64,000 bases of DNA from an uncultured Acidobacteriota bacterium (GCA_913043225.1 CAJWLU010000006.1:1-64000), one strand, 5' to 3'. Shown: positions 40,060-51,438, counted from the stretch's first letter. A program made the numbers and translations. Notes: generated by a model from the letters alone, not told the origin.

Positions 40060-41019
40060 ATGAAGAGAGGCATCTCACTGCGGATGTTCCTATTACTCTC
40101 GGCGGTAGCGATCGCCGGATGCGCGGAGCCCCCCACCGACATCATCGAGGCCGCCCGGGCCAGCGTGGCTGCGGTCGAATCCGAGGGTTCGCAGTATGCC
40201 GCGAGCGCCTTGGCTGATGCGCAGGCGGCCGTGGGCCGGATGGATGCCGAGATGGCGACTCAGGAGCAGGCGTTCGCGCTGTCGCGCGATTACGCGCGCG
40301 CGACCGAGTTGGCGGGTGAGGCGGAGGCGTCGGCTACCGCGGTGACGGCGGCGGCGTCCGCTGAGATGGATCGGCTCCGTGGTGAGGCCACTGGCATGAT
40401 TGGCGACGCTGAGGGCACTATTGCCGAGGCGCGTGGCGGGATCGCAGGCCTGGATGAAGAGGCCGCTGCGCCGCTACTGGAGAGCGTGGCTGGGGCGGAG
40501 GCGTCGGTGTCGGCCGCCAACGCGGCTCTCGGCGCCAATGATCTTCAGGACGCGCATCGAGAGGCGAGCGATGCGGTGCGCGCCGCCAACGGTGTGACGT
40601 CCGACTTGGCCGCCACAATTGCGGCGATAGCGGCCGCGGAACTGGCGGCGGCGGAAGAGCTCGTGACCCGTGCGATGAATGGCAGCATCGACATTCCGCG
40701 GTCGGTCTATGTAAACGGGCAGATGCTCGCGGCGGGCGCGTACACGGTTCGGGTGAGTAGCCAGACCGCAGCCCCGGCGCCCGGTCTCGAGCCGGGGTCG
40801 TCGGCGTGGCTCGAGTTCGTCAGTGACGGGGACGGTTCAGTCGCAGGGCGAGGCATGGCGGCGTCGGTGCCCGACGCTGAGATGGACGAGGTCACCGACG
40901 GGTGGTATCCGCGTAACCAGGCCCATGTCGATCAGCTGCAGGGTGGTGATTACGTGCGTGTATGGCTCAACCGCAGTGGGGTGAGCTATCTGGTGCACGC
41001 GCCGACGTCCGCGCCGTAG
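40060..41019 (+). CDS. Ala-rich helical lipoprotein with C-terminal beta domain
   Basis: IAGC lipobox; long Ala/Glu helical region; GGAGG RBS. Confidence 0.7.
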   Translation: MKRGISLRMFLLLSAVAIAGCAEPPTDIIEAARASVAAVESEGSQYAASALADAQAAVGRMDAEMATQEQAFALSRDYARATELAGEAEASATAVTAAASAEMDRLRGEATGMIGDAEGTIAEARGGIAGLDEEAAAPLLESVAGAEASVSAANAALGANDLQDAHREASDAVRAANGVTSDLAATIAAIAAAELAAAEELVTRAMNGSIDIPRSVYVNGQMLAAGAYTVRVSSQTAAPAPGLEPGSSAWLEFVSDGDGSVAGRGMAASVPDAEMDEVTDGWYPRNQAHVDQLQGGDYVRVWLNRSGVSYLVHAPTSAP

Positions 41020-41049
41020 GCCGGTGGGTCGCAGTCGGGGAGAGTCTTC

Positions 41050-41949
41050 ATGTTGAGAGCGTCCGTTCTAACCGGCCTGTTGGCCGCAGGCGCCCTGTGC
41101 ACGGTGGTTGCCGCGCGTCCACAGGCTCCGCCGATGCAGCTCGATCAGCTCGACGACAAGCTCTATGTTTTGAACGGTGGCTGCATGTGCGGGAATACTC
41201 TGTTCTACATCGCCGATGGCGGTGTCGTCATGGTCGACACGAAGGTCGCCGGTCAGGGCGAGGCCATCCTTGAACAGCTCCGCACGGTGACCGACAAACC
41301 GGTCGCCATGATCATCAACACTCACACCCACTTCGACCATACGGGGAGTAACGGCGAGTTCGGGGCGGTCGAGCGAATCGTTACCCACGAGAACGCCCGT
41401 CGCAGCCTCACGAAGGACAGCTGTGCGCCCGTGACTAACTGCGAAGCGTTTCGGGGCGCCGACGCGCAATACCTGCCGAACGTCACCTTCAGCGACACGG
41501 AGAACCTGATGGTGGGGAACGATCGGATCGACCTGTACTACTTCGGTCCTGGGCACACCGACGGTGACGCTTGGATCGTCTTCCCGGATATCCAGGTGGC
41601 GATGGGAGGCGACCTCTTCGGCGCGAAAGGGGTCCCCTTTATCGACATTGAGAATGGCGGCAGCGCGATCGAGTACGACGAGACGATTGCCCGCGCCGTG
41701 GCCGGCCTAGAGAATGTCGACACAGTGATCTCTGGTCACGTGCAGGCCTATCCCTGGAACGACCTCGTGCGCTACGCCGAGTTCCATGCCCGACTCGAGG
41801 AGCACATCCTGGCGGGCCGCGAGGCGGGGAAGACCCCGGAAGAGGTGACCGCCGAGTTCGCCCTACCGGAACATCTCAACGACTTCGGCTTCGCCGAACC
41901 ATTCGCGACCAACTTCGTGCGCCTGATGTTCGAAGAAGCGGCGCGCTGA
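41050..41949 (+). CDS. exported MBL-fold metallohydrolase (cyclase-like)
   Basis: INTHTHFDHTGSN, GHTDGD, GDLF, SGH. Confidence 0.85.
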   Translation: MLRASVLTGLLAAGALCTVVAARPQAPPMQLDQLDDKLYVLNGGCMCGNTLFYIADGGVVMVDTKVAGQGEAILEQLRTVTDKPVAMIINTHTHFDHTGSNGEFGAVERIVTHENARRSLTKDSCAPVTNCEAFRGADAQYLPNVTFSDTENLMVGNDRIDLYYFGPGHTDGDAWIVFPDIQVAMGGDLFGAKGVPFIDIENGGSAIEYDETIARAVAGLENVDTVISGHVQAYPWNDLVRYAEFHARLEEHILAGREAGKTPEEVTAEFALPEHLNDFGFAEPFATNFVRLMFEEAAR

Positions 41950-41977
41950 CACCGGGCAACGCCCGGAGGGAGCTGGC

Positions 41978-43708
41978 ATGCTGCACATGATGCGGGCGCT
42001 GGGTGTGCTGGCCGGGCTTTGCTGCACCAGTCTAGCCGTCGCCCAATCAGAGCCACGTCCACCGGTAACCGACGCCATGCTACAGGCGCCGTCGCCAGAC
42101 GATTGGTTGATGTGGCGGCGCACGCTGGACGGGTGGGGGTTCAGTCCGCTCGACCAGATCGACGCTGACAACGTAGCCGACCTCCGGTTGGTGTGGTCTC
42201 GGGGGATGACCGCGGGGCGCCAGCAGGGCACGCCCTTGGTGTATGACGGCGTGATGTACATGCCGAACCCGGCCGACGTCATTCAGGCCATCGACGCCGT
42301 CTCCGGCGACCTGCTCTGGGAGTATCGGCGGGAGGTGCCGGACGACATCGGCGACTACGTCTTCAATTCCCTCTGGGAGAACAACCGCAATCTTGCCATC
42401 TACGAGCACCTGATCATCGATACGAGTGCCGACGACCATGTTTTCGCTCTTGACGCGGCCACCGGGGAGCTGGTCTGGGAAACCGAGGTGCTCGATTATC
42501 AGACGCACCCGGCGACGCAGAGCTCGGGGCCGATCATCGCTAACGGCAAGGTGATTTCTGGGCGCAGTTGCATGCCGGCCGGTGGGCCGGACGCGTGTGT
42601 GATCACGGCACATGACGCCTTGACCGGGGAAGAACTCTGGCGGCGGCGCACCATCCCCCGACCCGGGGAGCCTGGCGATGAGACTTGGGGTGGGGTGCCC
42701 GATGAAGAGCGCAAGCACGTCGGCACCTGGATGGTGCCGAGCTTCGACCCCGAGTTGAATCTCATCCTCATCGGGACGTCGGTGACCTCGCCCGCGCCAA
42801 AGTTCCTTCTCGGTGGCGTAAACAACGCGCACCTCTATCACAACTCCACGCTGGCGCTCGATGCAGATACAGGGGAGATCATCTGGTATTACCAGCATCT
42901 GAACGACCATTGGGATCTGGATCACCCGTTCGAACGGCTCCTGGTCGAGACCGCGATTAATCCGGATCCGAGCGCAGTGGATTGGATTAATCCGCGCCTG
43001 CAGCCTGGCGAGCGCCGACGGGTCGTGACGGGCATCCCGGGCAAGACGGGCGTGGTCTATACGCTGGACCTGGAGACGGGTGAATTTCTCTGGGCGACCC
43101 CCACCATCGTGCAGAACGTCATCAGCGACATCGATGGCGCGACTGGCGACGTGACCGAAAACTCGGAACTCGTCTTCAGCAGTGAGGGGCAGGCAGTTTT
43201 GACCTGTCCGCACGCGAGCGGGGGCAAGGATTGGGAGGCGGGCGCCTACAGTCCGCTGACCAACACGATGTACTTCCCGCTGCGTAATGTCTGTGCTCGG
43301 ATGGTGGCGGAAGGGCCAGACAGCACGCATATTTATGCTCTGGCCTGGCGACCGGAGATCGCGCCGGGAACTGAGAATGTCGGCATGGTGCAGGCGATCT
43401 CGGTCGAGACTGGGGTGACGCGATGGACCTACGAGCAGCGAGCGGCCACGATGTCGCTCGTCGCAACGGGAGGGGGGCTGGTGTTCGGCGGCGACACGAA
43501 TGGGCGGTTTCGCGCGCTGGATCACATCACCGGCGCCGTACTGTGGGAGATCAACCTGGGGTCGTCCGTCAGTGGTTATCCGATCACCTACGGGGTCGAC
43601 GGTGTGCAGTATGTGGCCGTCAGCACCGGGACGGCCCGATTCAATAACCTGACGCCGGAGATCCGTCCCAGCACAAACAACAGCTTGTTCGTATTTGCCT
43701 TGCCGTAG
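41978..43708 (+). CDS. PQQ-binding beta-propeller dehydrogenase-like protein (paralog B)
   Basis: PVTDAML, DWLMWRRT, HLNDHWDLDHPFE; collinear with 31775-33553. Confidence 0.88.
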   Translation: MLHMMRALGVLAGLCCTSLAVAQSEPRPPVTDAMLQAPSPDDWLMWRRTLDGWGFSPLDQIDADNVADLRLVWSRGMTAGRQQGTPLVYDGVMYMPNPADVIQAIDAVSGDLLWEYRREVPDDIGDYVFNSLWENNRNLAIYEHLIIDTSADDHVFALDAATGELVWETEVLDYQTHPATQSSGPIIANGKVISGRSCMPAGGPDACVITAHDALTGEELWRRRTIPRPGEPGDETWGGVPDEERKHVGTWMVPSFDPELNLILIGTSVTSPAPKFLLGGVNNAHLYHNSTLALDADTGEIIWYYQHLNDHWDLDHPFERLLVETAINPDPSAVDWINPRLQPGERRRVVTGIPGKTGVVYTLDLETGEFLWATPTIVQNVISDIDGATGDVTENSELVFSSEGQAVLTCPHASGGKDWEAGAYSPLTNTMYFPLRNVCARMVAEGPDSTHIYALAWRPEIAPGTENVGMVQAISVETGVTRWTYEQRAATMSLVATGGGLVFGGDTNGRFRALDHITGAVLWEINLGSSVSGYPITYGVDGVQYVAVSTGTARFNNLTPEIRPSTNNSLFVFALP

Positions 43709-43725
43709 TCGACAGGAGGAGAGTG

Positions 43726-44226
43726 ATGTCGAAGATGAAGACGCTGGGGGCCGTGGCTATCCTCATGACGACCGGAGTGGCCTGGCTGTGGGGTGCACAG
43801 GGGAGCAGCATCGCGCCGCTGACCGGCACCGACTATGCCGAGATCATGAATCTCTACGCGCGCTACAACCAGGGCAGTGATTTTCAGGATCCGGCGCTAT
43901 TTCTCTCTGCCTTCTCGGATGACGCGACGATCGTGCGGGCCGACGGTAGCAGCATTACGGGCATGGCTGCGCTCCGGAAGGAACGTGAAGATCGGTATCG
44001 GGATGGTCGGACGGGAGATTCCGGCCTCCGGCATCGGACGGGGAGTCAGTTGATTACGCCGACAGCGCAAGGCGCCACGGGTGTGGCGTACTACGTGTTG
44101 CTCGATGTCACCACTGGACCCGCCACGATCCGGTTCACGGGCAACTACGCCGATGACTTCGTGAAGACTGCCGACGGCTGGAAGATTCAGAAGCGGACGA
44201 TCAACCGTGACGCGCCCCGCGACTAG
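43726..44226 (+). CDS. exported SnoaL-like (NTF2 fold) protein
   Basis: DYAEIMNLYARY, GNYADDFVKTADGWKIQKR; AGGAGG RBS. Confidence 0.8.
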   Translation: MSKMKTLGAVAILMTTGVAWLWGAQGSSIAPLTGTDYAEIMNLYARYNQGSDFQDPALFLSAFSDDATIVRADGSSITGMAALRKEREDRYRDGRTGDSGLRHRTGSQLITPTAQGATGVAYYVLLDVTTGPATIRFTGNYADDFVKTADGWKIQKRTINRDAPRD

Positions 44227-44229
44227 CGG

Positions 44230-45453
44230 ATGATCGACACACCGACTGCTCCGGCCCCGGTCGCAACCGGGGAACGCATCCAGTCCCTGGATGTCCTGCG
44301 CGGGTTCGCGCTGCTGGGCATTCTGCTGCTCAACATCACGGGCTTCGGTCTCCACAGCGCAGGCTACTTCAATCCATTGGTGCCGCTGGGAGAGAGCCCG
44401 ACCGATGAGTGGTTGAATCGAGGCACCTGGGGAGCGATCAGTGTCCTGTTCGAGGGCGCCATGCGCTGTCTGTTCTCGATGCTGTTTGGCGCGGGAATGG
44501 TGCTGTTCACGACGGGGCGTGAGCGGGCGGGCATCCTGCACTACCGGCGCACGTTCTGGCTGTTCATGTTCGGCGCCGTTAACGCCCTTATTCTCCTGTG
44601 GACCGGGGACATCCTCATGGTCTACGCGGTGGCGGCGACGACTCTGTTCTTCATGCGGAATTGGAGACCCAGCCGGCTGGTCGGGCTCTCGGCGGGTGCC
44701 ATTTTGTTGATGGCCTCTATGTTCATGGGGATGCAGGCCGCCATTCAGGCAGTGCCTGACAATCCTGAGTTTGCGGCGGTCGAGGCCGAGTTCTCTCCGA
44801 GTCCTGAGGCCTACGAGGACGAATTAGCCGCTCGCAGTGGGACCTACGCGAGCGCATTTGACTGGACAGCGGCCTACGTGCGGAAGACGTTCCTGGGCTT
44901 CGGCGGCGCACTGTTTGTTATCGACGCCTGGGCGATGATGTTGCTCGGCATGGCCCTGTTCAAGATTGGGGCGATGCAGGGGCAGATGTCTCGCGCGTGG
45001 TACGTGCGCACCGCCGCGATCGGGTTTTCGGTAGGCCTAGCGGTCAACCTTGGTGAACTCTGGTACTCGCTTAGCAACGACTACAGCGTGCTCTCAACGA
45101 TCGCCATCTTTGTGCCGACCTATCAGTTGGGTCGACTGGGAATGGGCTTGGGCTATCTGTCGGTCGTGATGCTGGTGTGTCAGTCTGAGATGCTTCCGCG
45201 GCTCCGAAGGGCGCTGGCCGCCGTAGGGCGGATGGCACTCACGAACTACCTCATGCACTCGTTTATCTGCATGGTGGTCTTCACCGGAGCGGGCCTGGGC
45301 CTGGTGGGGCAGCTCGAGCGCTGGGAGCTCTATCCGGTGGTTGTGGCGATCTGGCTGTTCCAGCTCTGGCTCAGTCCCAGGTGGCTGGCCCGCTACCGGT
45401 ACGGTCCGGTGGAATGGTTGTGGCGTACATTGACCTACGGGCGTATGCCGTAG
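44230..45453 (+). CDS. DUF418 (YeiB-like) membrane protein
   Basis: ERIQSLDVLRGFALLGILLLNI, LFSMLFG, GDIL, GRMALTNY, GPVEWLWRTLTY. Confidence 0.9.
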   Translation: MIDTPTAPAPVATGERIQSLDVLRGFALLGILLLNITGFGLHSAGYFNPLVPLGESPTDEWLNRGTWGAISVLFEGAMRCLFSMLFGAGMVLFTTGRERAGILHYRRTFWLFMFGAVNALILLWTGDILMVYAVAATTLFFMRNWRPSRLVGLSAGAILLMASMFMGMQAAIQAVPDNPEFAAVEAEFSPSPEAYEDELAARSGTYASAFDWTAAYVRKTFLGFGGALFVIDAWAMMLLGMALFKIGAMQGQMSRAWYVRTAAIGFSVGLAVNLGELWYSLSNDYSVLSTIAIFVPTYQLGRLGMGLGYLSVVMLVCQSEMLPRLRRALAAVGRMALTNYLMHSFICMVVFTGAGLGLVGQLERWELYPVVVAIWLFQLWLSPRWLARYRYGPVEWLWRTLTYGRMP

Positions 45454-45468
45454 ACAGGAGAGGGCAAT

Positions 45469-46512
45469 ATGGCAATGAGTGGACGGCACATGAGATGGAG
45501 CCTCGGCGCGATGGTGCTCGGCCTCGCGCTGGCGGCGGAGCCGGTCGCGGCGCAGATAGAGGGGTATGCGGCGCCCCGGACGGCCTGGGGGACACCCGAT
45601 ATCGGGGGGGTGTGGAACAGTTCCACCGTGACTCCGTTGCAGCGACCCGAGGAGCAGGCCGACAAGGAGTACCTTACCGAGGAGGAAGCGGCTGCGGTTG
45701 AGCAGCGTGTCGTCGAGGCCAACGCGCGTGCGAACGCCCCGAGCGAGGTCCGGACCGAGCCGTTGCCGGTAGGTGGTAACGTCGGCGGCTATAACAGCTT
45801 CTGGCTCGATCGGGGTACCACCGTGGTGCCGACCCGCCGGACATCGCTGGTGGTCGATCCGCCGAACGGGCGGTTGCCGGCGTTGACCCCAGCGTACGAG
45901 CGCCACGTGACGTCGCGGGAGCGGCAGCGGATTAAGGACATTCGCGAGGGTGCCGTGCCGGCCGAGTCCTACGCCCAGTTCGATTATGGCGACCGGTGCA
46001 TCTGGTACCGCGGGGTGCCATCGTTGCCTACGGCCTACAACAACAACTACCAGCTTGTGCAGACCGAGGACGTCATCGCCATTGTGCAGGAGCACATCCA
46101 CGATGTGCGGTTCATCTTTTTGGACGATCGGCCGCGGGTCCACGGCATTGATCAGTTCGGCGGACATTCGCGCGGACACTGGGAAGGCGACACCCTCGTG
46201 GTGAAGACTTCCGGGTTCGGGGATCGAGCCTACCTGTTCAGTCCGGGGGGCGGGCCGCAGGGCGGGACAAATTGGGATCTAAGCGGCCAGCACACGGTGG
46301 TGGAGCGGTTCACCCGCGTTGCACCGGATGTGCTGGATTACCAGTTCACTGTGGCCGACCCGCATACGTGGATCACGCCGTGGACCGGATCTTCTCCGTG
46401 GGCGAAGGGCGATCTCCCACTCTACGAGTACGCCTGTCATGAGGGTAACTACGGTATGGAGAACATCCTGGCCGGGTCGCGGATGGAGGAACTGGCCCAG
46501 GGTGGTCAGTAG
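45469..46512 (+). CDS. exported uncharacterised protein, ACHEGN family paralog 6
   Basis: WGTPDIGGVW, DRCIWYRGVP, EHIH, YEYACHEGN. Confidence 0.85.
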   Translation: MAMSGRHMRWSLGAMVLGLALAAEPVAAQIEGYAAPRTAWGTPDIGGVWNSSTVTPLQRPEEQADKEYLTEEEAAAVEQRVVEANARANAPSEVRTEPLPVGGNVGGYNSFWLDRGTTVVPTRRTSLVVDPPNGRLPALTPAYERHVTSRERQRIKDIREGAVPAESYAQFDYGDRCIWYRGVPSLPTAYNNNYQLVQTEDVIAIVQEHIHDVRFIFLDDRPRVHGIDQFGGHSRGHWEGDTLVVKTSGFGDRAYLFSPGGGPQGGTNWDLSGQHTVVERFTRVAPDVLDYQFTVADPHTWITPWTGSSPWAKGDLPLYEYACHEGNYGMENILAGSRMEELAQGGQ

Positions 46513-48181
46513 AACGCTCAGCCTGCTTGTCGCGGCGGCCGTTTTAGCGCCGGCGTGTGTTCCGTCCAACGAGGGCGAGGTGCAGCCGGCGGGCCTGCCG
46601 TTCGATGTGGTCGAGGCCACCGTCCCTGCTATGCAGCGGGCGATGGAGGAGGGGCGGGTGACTTCCCGCCGGCTGGTCGAGCTGCACCTCCAGCGAATCG
46701 CTCTCTATGAGGAAGAGATCAACGCGCTCATTTCGGTGAACTCGCAGGCACTCGAGGAGGCCGACGGGTTGGACGCTGAGCGGGCGGCGGGACACGTGCG
46801 TGGTCCGCTCCACGGCATCCCGGTTGCGCTCAAAGATAACGTCCATACCACCCATCTCCCGACAACGGGAGGCACGCGCGCCTTTGCGGGATTCGTCCCG
46901 CCATATGAAGCGACGCTGACCAGCCATCTGCGGGAGGCGGGCGCGATCATCCTTGCCAAGACGGTGATGACCGAGCTGGCTAACTTCACCGCACCGGGTA
47001 TGCCAGGGAACTACAGCGCGGTGGGTGGGTTCGGCCTCAATCCGTACGATGCCAGGCGGGATCCCCGGTCGGGGCGAGACGATGGTCGACCAGTGATGGG
47101 GACCGGAGGATCGAGCTCGGGGATCGGGACGGCGACGAGCTTCTGGGCTGCGAATGTTGGGACCGAGACGTCTGGCTCCATCCTTTCGCCGTCGAACGCC
47201 AACATGCTGGTCGGGGTGAAGCCGACCGTTGGTCGGATTAGCCGCTGGGGCGTTATCCCGATTACGGCGGATCAGGACACGGCCGGGCCGATGGCGCGGA
47301 CGGTTACCGATGCCGCCATTTTGCTTGGGGTGTTGGAGGGAGCCGCACCGGATCCACAGGACGACGCGACGAAGCGTTGTGAACGTCCGCCAGACAACGA
47401 CTACACGGCATTCCTGAGTGCGGACGTCTTGACGGGTGCGCGAGTTGGGATCCCGCGGGCGCTGTATTACGACGGGGTGTTGGTGCCGGGGCGGCAGGAG
47501 CGGCGCCGCGGGCGGCTCTCGAGCGCGGGGCGGGCACTGATGGCTGACGCTATCGAGGTGCTGGAGTCGGCAGGCGCGACGGTTGTTGACCCGGCCGACA
47601 TTCCAAGCGTGATCGACCCCGATCCGTCGACCAATCTGCTTGTGTCTGGCCGGTCGAGCAGTGTGCTGTCCTATGGGATGAAGCGGGACTTCAATGCCTG
47701 GCTTGACTCGCTCGGGGACACCGCGCCGGTGAAGACGTTGACGGAGCTACGGGAATGGAATCTGACCCATGAGGCATCCGGTACCCTGAGGTACGGACAG
47801 GGTCGCTTGGACGGGGCTGACAAACTCGACCTGGAGGCCGACCTTGCCGCATACGAAAGGGACCGGGCTCGGGACCTGTATTTGAATGGTGAGCACGGTA
47901 TCGACGAGGTCATGCAGGAGTTGGATCTCGACGCGTTGCTGTTCCCAGGGTCTAGCGGAGCCAGTATTTCCGCGCGCGCTGGCTATCCGACGGTGATCGT
48001 GCCGTTCGGTTTCTTGGCCGACCCTCCGGAGCCACGCATGCCGGACGGTTTTCAGGCCAAGCCACGACCGTTCGGGGTGAGCTTCGCCGGCATGGCGTGC
48101 AGCGAGCCGACGCTTTTGGGGCTAGCTTACGCTTTTGAACAGGTGACCCGGAGACGGGTGCCACCGCCGGAGTTTCCGTAG
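46502..48181 (+). CDS. amidase signature family lipoprotein
   Basis: LAPAC lipobox-like; [27 protein letters not shown]. Confidence 0.88.
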   Translation: MVSRTLSLLVAAAVLAPACVPSNEGEVQPAGLPFDVVEATVPAMQRAMEEGRVTSRRLVELHLQRIALYEEEINALISVNSQALEEADGLDAERAAGHVRGPLHGIPVALKDNVHTTHLPTTGGTRAFAGFVPPYEATLTSHLREAGAIILAKTVMTELANFTAPGMPGNYSAVGGFGLNPYDARRDPRSGRDDGRPVMGTGGSSSGIGTATSFWAANVGTETSGSILSPSNANMLVGVKPTVGRISRWGVIPITADQDTAGPMARTVTDAAILLGVLEGAAPDPQDDATKRCERPPDNDYTAFLSADVLTGARVGIPRALYYDGVLVPGRQERRRGRLSSAGRALMADAIEVLESAGATVVDPADIPSVIDPDPSTNLLVSGRSSSVLSYGMKRDFNAWLDSLGDTAPVKTLTELREWNLTHEASGTLRYGQGRLDGADKLDLEADLAAYERDRARDLYLNGEHGIDEVMQELDLDALLFPGSSGASISARAGYPTVIVPFGFLADPPEPRMPDGFQAKPRPFGVSFAGMACSEPTLLGLAYAFEQVTRRRVPPPEFP

Positions 48182-48198
48182 CTGATCGGAGAGACGTC

Positions 48199-49917
48199 AT
48201 GAAGCATCGCAGGGTCCGTTACAGGGCACCGCTGGGCGCCGCTATGGTCTTGGTGATGACAGGCCTTGCGACACAGGCGACCGGGCAGGCCGTGGGAGTG
48301 TCGACCGAGTTGCTCCGGAGCGCGCCCTCCGGAGAGTGGCTGACCACCGGTCGCGACCAAGCCGAAACCCGGTTCAGCCCGCTGGATCAGGTCAACCTCG
48401 AGACCATCGACCGCCTCGGTCTTGGCTGGAGCTGGGTGATCCCGAAGGCAGGTGCTCGGCTCGAAGCGACCCCAGTGATCTCAGACGGGGTGATGTACGC
48501 GACCGGGCCCAAGAGCTACGTCTTTGCTCTCGATGCCCGTACGGGTGAGCTGCGCTGGCAGTGGGATCCTGGCGTTCCGGACGAATCAGAAGGCGGTCCG
48601 AGCGTCTGCTGCGGTGACGTCAACCGAGGGGTGGCCCTCTTCGAAGACAAGGTCTACGTCGGTCTGCTCGACGGTCGGCTGGTGGCGCTCGAACGGGAGA
48701 CCGGGCTAGTGGCCTGGGCGGTGCAAACCACGCCCCCGGGCGACTACAGCATCACCGGCGCCCCGCGTATCGTGAAGGGCAACGTGGTGATTGGCAACGG
48801 CGGCGCTGAGTATGGTGTTCGTGGCTATGTCACCGCCTACAACGCCGAGACGGGCGAGGAGGTGTGGCGTTCCTATACCGTGCCTGGCAATCCTGCGGAC
48901 GGCTTCGAAAACGAGGCGATGCGTGCGGCGGCCGAGACCTGGACGGGCGAGTGGTGGGTGGTTGGCGGTGGCGGCACGGTCTGGGACGGTATGGCTTGGG
49001 ACCCGCAGGCGGACCTGCTCTACATCGGCACCGGGAACGGTGCACCGTGGAACCGCGATCATCGGAGTCCGGGCGGTGGGGACAACCTCTATCTCTCGTC
49101 GATCCTCGCGTTGAACCCTGACACCGGGGAGCCAGTGTGGCACTACCAGACAACGCCGGGCGACGACTGGGACTACACGGCGACTCAGCCGATGATGTTG
49201 CTGGATCTCACCATCGCGGGCCAGGAGCGGAAAGTGATCATCCAAGCGCCAAAGAATGGCTTCTTCTATGTGGTTGATCGGCTGACGGGGGACCTCATTT
49301 CGGCCTCGGCCTTCGGCGATGACGTGACTTGGGCGGTGGGTGTAGATGTCGACACGGGCCGTCCCATTGAGACCCCCGAGGCACGTTATGGGCGTACCGG
49401 CGTCGGTGTCTTCCTGTCGCCCGGCCCGGGCGGGGCACACAACTGGCCGCCGATGTCATGGAATCCAGGCACCGGCCTCGTCTATCTTCCGGCTCAAAAC
49501 AGCACCTCCTACTACCAGATGACCGACGACTTCGACTATCAGCCTGGCCGATGGAATACCGGGTTGGCGCGCACGCGTCGTGCGGAACGTCCAGAGCGTC
49601 CGGAGCTGACCGGGCCACGCACCATGCTGGTGGCGGTCGAGCCGGTGACCAATACCGAAGCCTGGCGGGTGGAGACGAGCGGCGCGCATGGAGGCACGAT
49701 GTCGACCGCCGGGAACCTCGTGTTTCACGGCTCGGGCGAGCGCCTGGTGGCCTACAACGCTGAAACCGGGGATGAGGTGTGGGCGGCGACGGTAGGTGCG
49801 GGAACCGCGACGCCGGTGACCTACGAGCTCGACGGGATGCAGTATGTAACTATCGCCGCCGGGCGCCGCACGCCCAGGGTCTACACGTTTGTGTTGGACG
49901 GCGTGCCGGTGCGGTGA
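48199..49917 (+). CDS. PQQ-dependent alcohol dehydrogenase (quinohemoprotein-like catalytic domain, no cytochrome c domain)
   Basis: [57 protein letters not shown]. Confidence 0.9.
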   Translation: MKHRRVRYRAPLGAAMVLVMTGLATQATGQAVGVSTELLRSAPSGEWLTTGRDQAETRFSPLDQVNLETIDRLGLGWSWVIPKAGARLEATPVISDGVMYATGPKSYVFALDARTGELRWQWDPGVPDESEGGPSVCCGDVNRGVALFEDKVYVGLLDGRLVALERETGLVAWAVQTTPPGDYSITGAPRIVKGNVVIGNGGAEYGVRGYVTAYNAETGEEVWRSYTVPGNPADGFENEAMRAAAETWTGEWWVVGGGGTVWDGMAWDPQADLLYIGTGNGAPWNRDHRSPGGGDNLYLSSILALNPDTGEPVWHYQTTPGDDWDYTATQPMMLLDLTIAGQERKVIIQAPKNGFFYVVDRLTGDLISASAFGDDVTWAVGVDVDTGRPIETPEARYGRTGVGVFLSPGPGGAHNWPPMSWNPGTGLVYLPAQNSTSYYQMTDDFDYQPGRWNTGLARTRRAERPERPELTGPRTMLVAVEPVTNTEAWRVETSGAHGGTMSTAGNLVFHGSGERLVAYNAETGDEVWAATVGAGTATPVTYELDGMQYVTIAAGRRTPRVYTFVLDGVPVR

Positions 49918-49924
49918 GGACCGG

Positions 49925-51184
49925 ATGGGGATGAGGATGCAGGCGGGCGAGATCGACCGACGAACGGCGCTTGCGATCATGGGCGCGACCGGGGCGGGGC
50001 TGATCGCGGGGCAGGGTTCAGCCTGGGCCCGGCAGGTGGGAATCGAACCGTTCGAGATCCAGGTGAGCGACCAGGCCCTGGACGACCTTCGGCAACGTCT
50101 GTCGGTGGCCCGCTGGCCGCCAGAGACGCCCGGGGCGCCGTGGCACTACGGAACCGACCGCGCTTACCTGGAAGAACTCGTCGCGTACTGGCGTGACGAG
50201 TACGACTGGCGCGGCCACGAGCGAGCGCTCAATGAGTTCGACCACTACATAACCGCCGTGGAAGGGCAGCGGCTGCACTTCGTGCATCAGCGTGCCGCCG
50301 ACCCCGACAGCCTGCCGCTGCTAATGACTCACGGATGGCCCGGTACGGTCTGGGAGATGCTTCCGTCGGTGATGGCGTTGAACGAGCCGACGCAGCACGG
50401 CGGCGAAGCGACGGACGCCTTCCATGTCGTGGTGCCGTCGATCCCGGGGTTCGGCTTCTCTGGTGAGCCGGCTGAGGGGACGGACGTGGCGCGGACGGCT
50501 GAGCTGTGGATCGGGCTGATGGACTCGCTCGGCTACGCGCGGTTCGCCGCCTATGGCAGCGACTGGGGGGCCGGGGTGACCCGCTATCTCGGGGCACAGT
50601 TTCCCGACCGGCTGGTCGGTATCCACACGCCGGGTACGCCCGGCCGACAGCAGCGGGACCCGGCCACTGACGAGGAGCGTGACTACCTCCGTCGGAGCGA
50701 ACTCTGGTCGGTTGACGAGACCGGATATCAGCGCATTCAGGGCACGAAACCGCAGACGCTGGCCTACGGGTTGACCGACTCACCGATCGGGTTGGCGGCG
50801 TGGATCACCGAGAAGCTCCGCAGCTGGAGCGACTGTGACGGTGCCGTCGAGCGCCGGTTCAGCAAGGATCAGATCCTGACGCTTGTCTCGATTTACTGGC
50901 ACACGAATACGATCGGCACGAGCGTGCGCTACTACCATGCGAATGGACTGGGGAGCTCACGAGCGGGCAGCCGGCGTCGCGGTGGTCCGGTGCGGGTGCC
51001 CCAGGGGCTCGCGCAGTTCGAGGGTAATCCCTTCCGCAACCGAATGCCTCGGTCGTACACACGGGAGGTGAGTGACTCGATTCGGCACTACTCAATCTTC
51101 GATCGCGGCGGGCATTTTCCCGCCATAGAAGAGCCAGAACTGCTCGTGGGCGATCTACGTACCTTCTTCCGCCCGTTGCGTTAG
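49925..51184 (+). CDS. epoxide hydrolase (EHN + alpha/beta hydrolase), Tat-like signal
   Basis: DRRTAL signal; HGWPG, VPSIPGFGFS, GSDWGA, DSPIGLAAWI, GGHF; start could be 49925, 49931 or 49937. Confidence 0.88.
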   Translation: MGMRMQAGEIDRRTALAIMGATGAGLIAGQGSAWARQVGIEPFEIQVSDQALDDLRQRLSVARWPPETPGAPWHYGTDRAYLEELVAYWRDEYDWRGHERALNEFDHYITAVEGQRLHFVHQRAADPDSLPLLMTHGWPGTVWEMLPSVMALNEPTQHGGEATDAFHVVVPSIPGFGFSGEPAEGTDVARTAELWIGLMDSLGYARFAAYGSDWGAGVTRYLGAQFPDRLVGIHTPGTPGRQQRDPATDEERDYLRRSELWSVDETGYQRIQGTKPQTLAYGLTDSPIGLAAWITEKLRSWSDCDGAVERRFSKDQILTLVSIYWHTNTIGTSVRYYHANGLGSSRAGSRRRGGPVRVPQGLAQFEGNPFRNRMPRSYTREVSDSIRHYSIFDRGGHFPAIEEPELLVGDLRTFFRPLR

Positions 51185-51438
51185 GGCTGTGTGGTGGATA
51201 TTTCGCCGGCGGTCAGCGCCGGAATCAGTAGAAGGGGATCACGCTGGCTGGCAGCAGCTGGGCACGGCGCAGGTAGGCGGCATCGGCAGCACGCTGATCA
51301 GTGCATCTCCCTGACGCATCACGAGTCGACGGTTCAGTCGGTCGTAGTCGGCCTCCTTCCTTGTTTTGCATCAGTTCCTACCTGCTGAGCCGGGCGGTCT
51401 GACCCGCCCGGCAGTCCAGACGATCCTCTCGTGACCGG

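Noticed and set aside
42080..43525. Long antisense ORFs (also 3199-4233, 10003-10995, 13020-13931, 32555-33481, 36434-37387, 45094-46179)
   Set aside because: Shadow frames of well-supported genes in high-GC DNA; Arg/Pro/His-rich with no recognisable motifs.
51389..51412. 9-bp GC hairpin GCCGGGCGG-TCTGAC-CCGCCCGGC as an intrinsic terminator or REP
   Set aside because: No U-tract, and I saw no second copy in the window.
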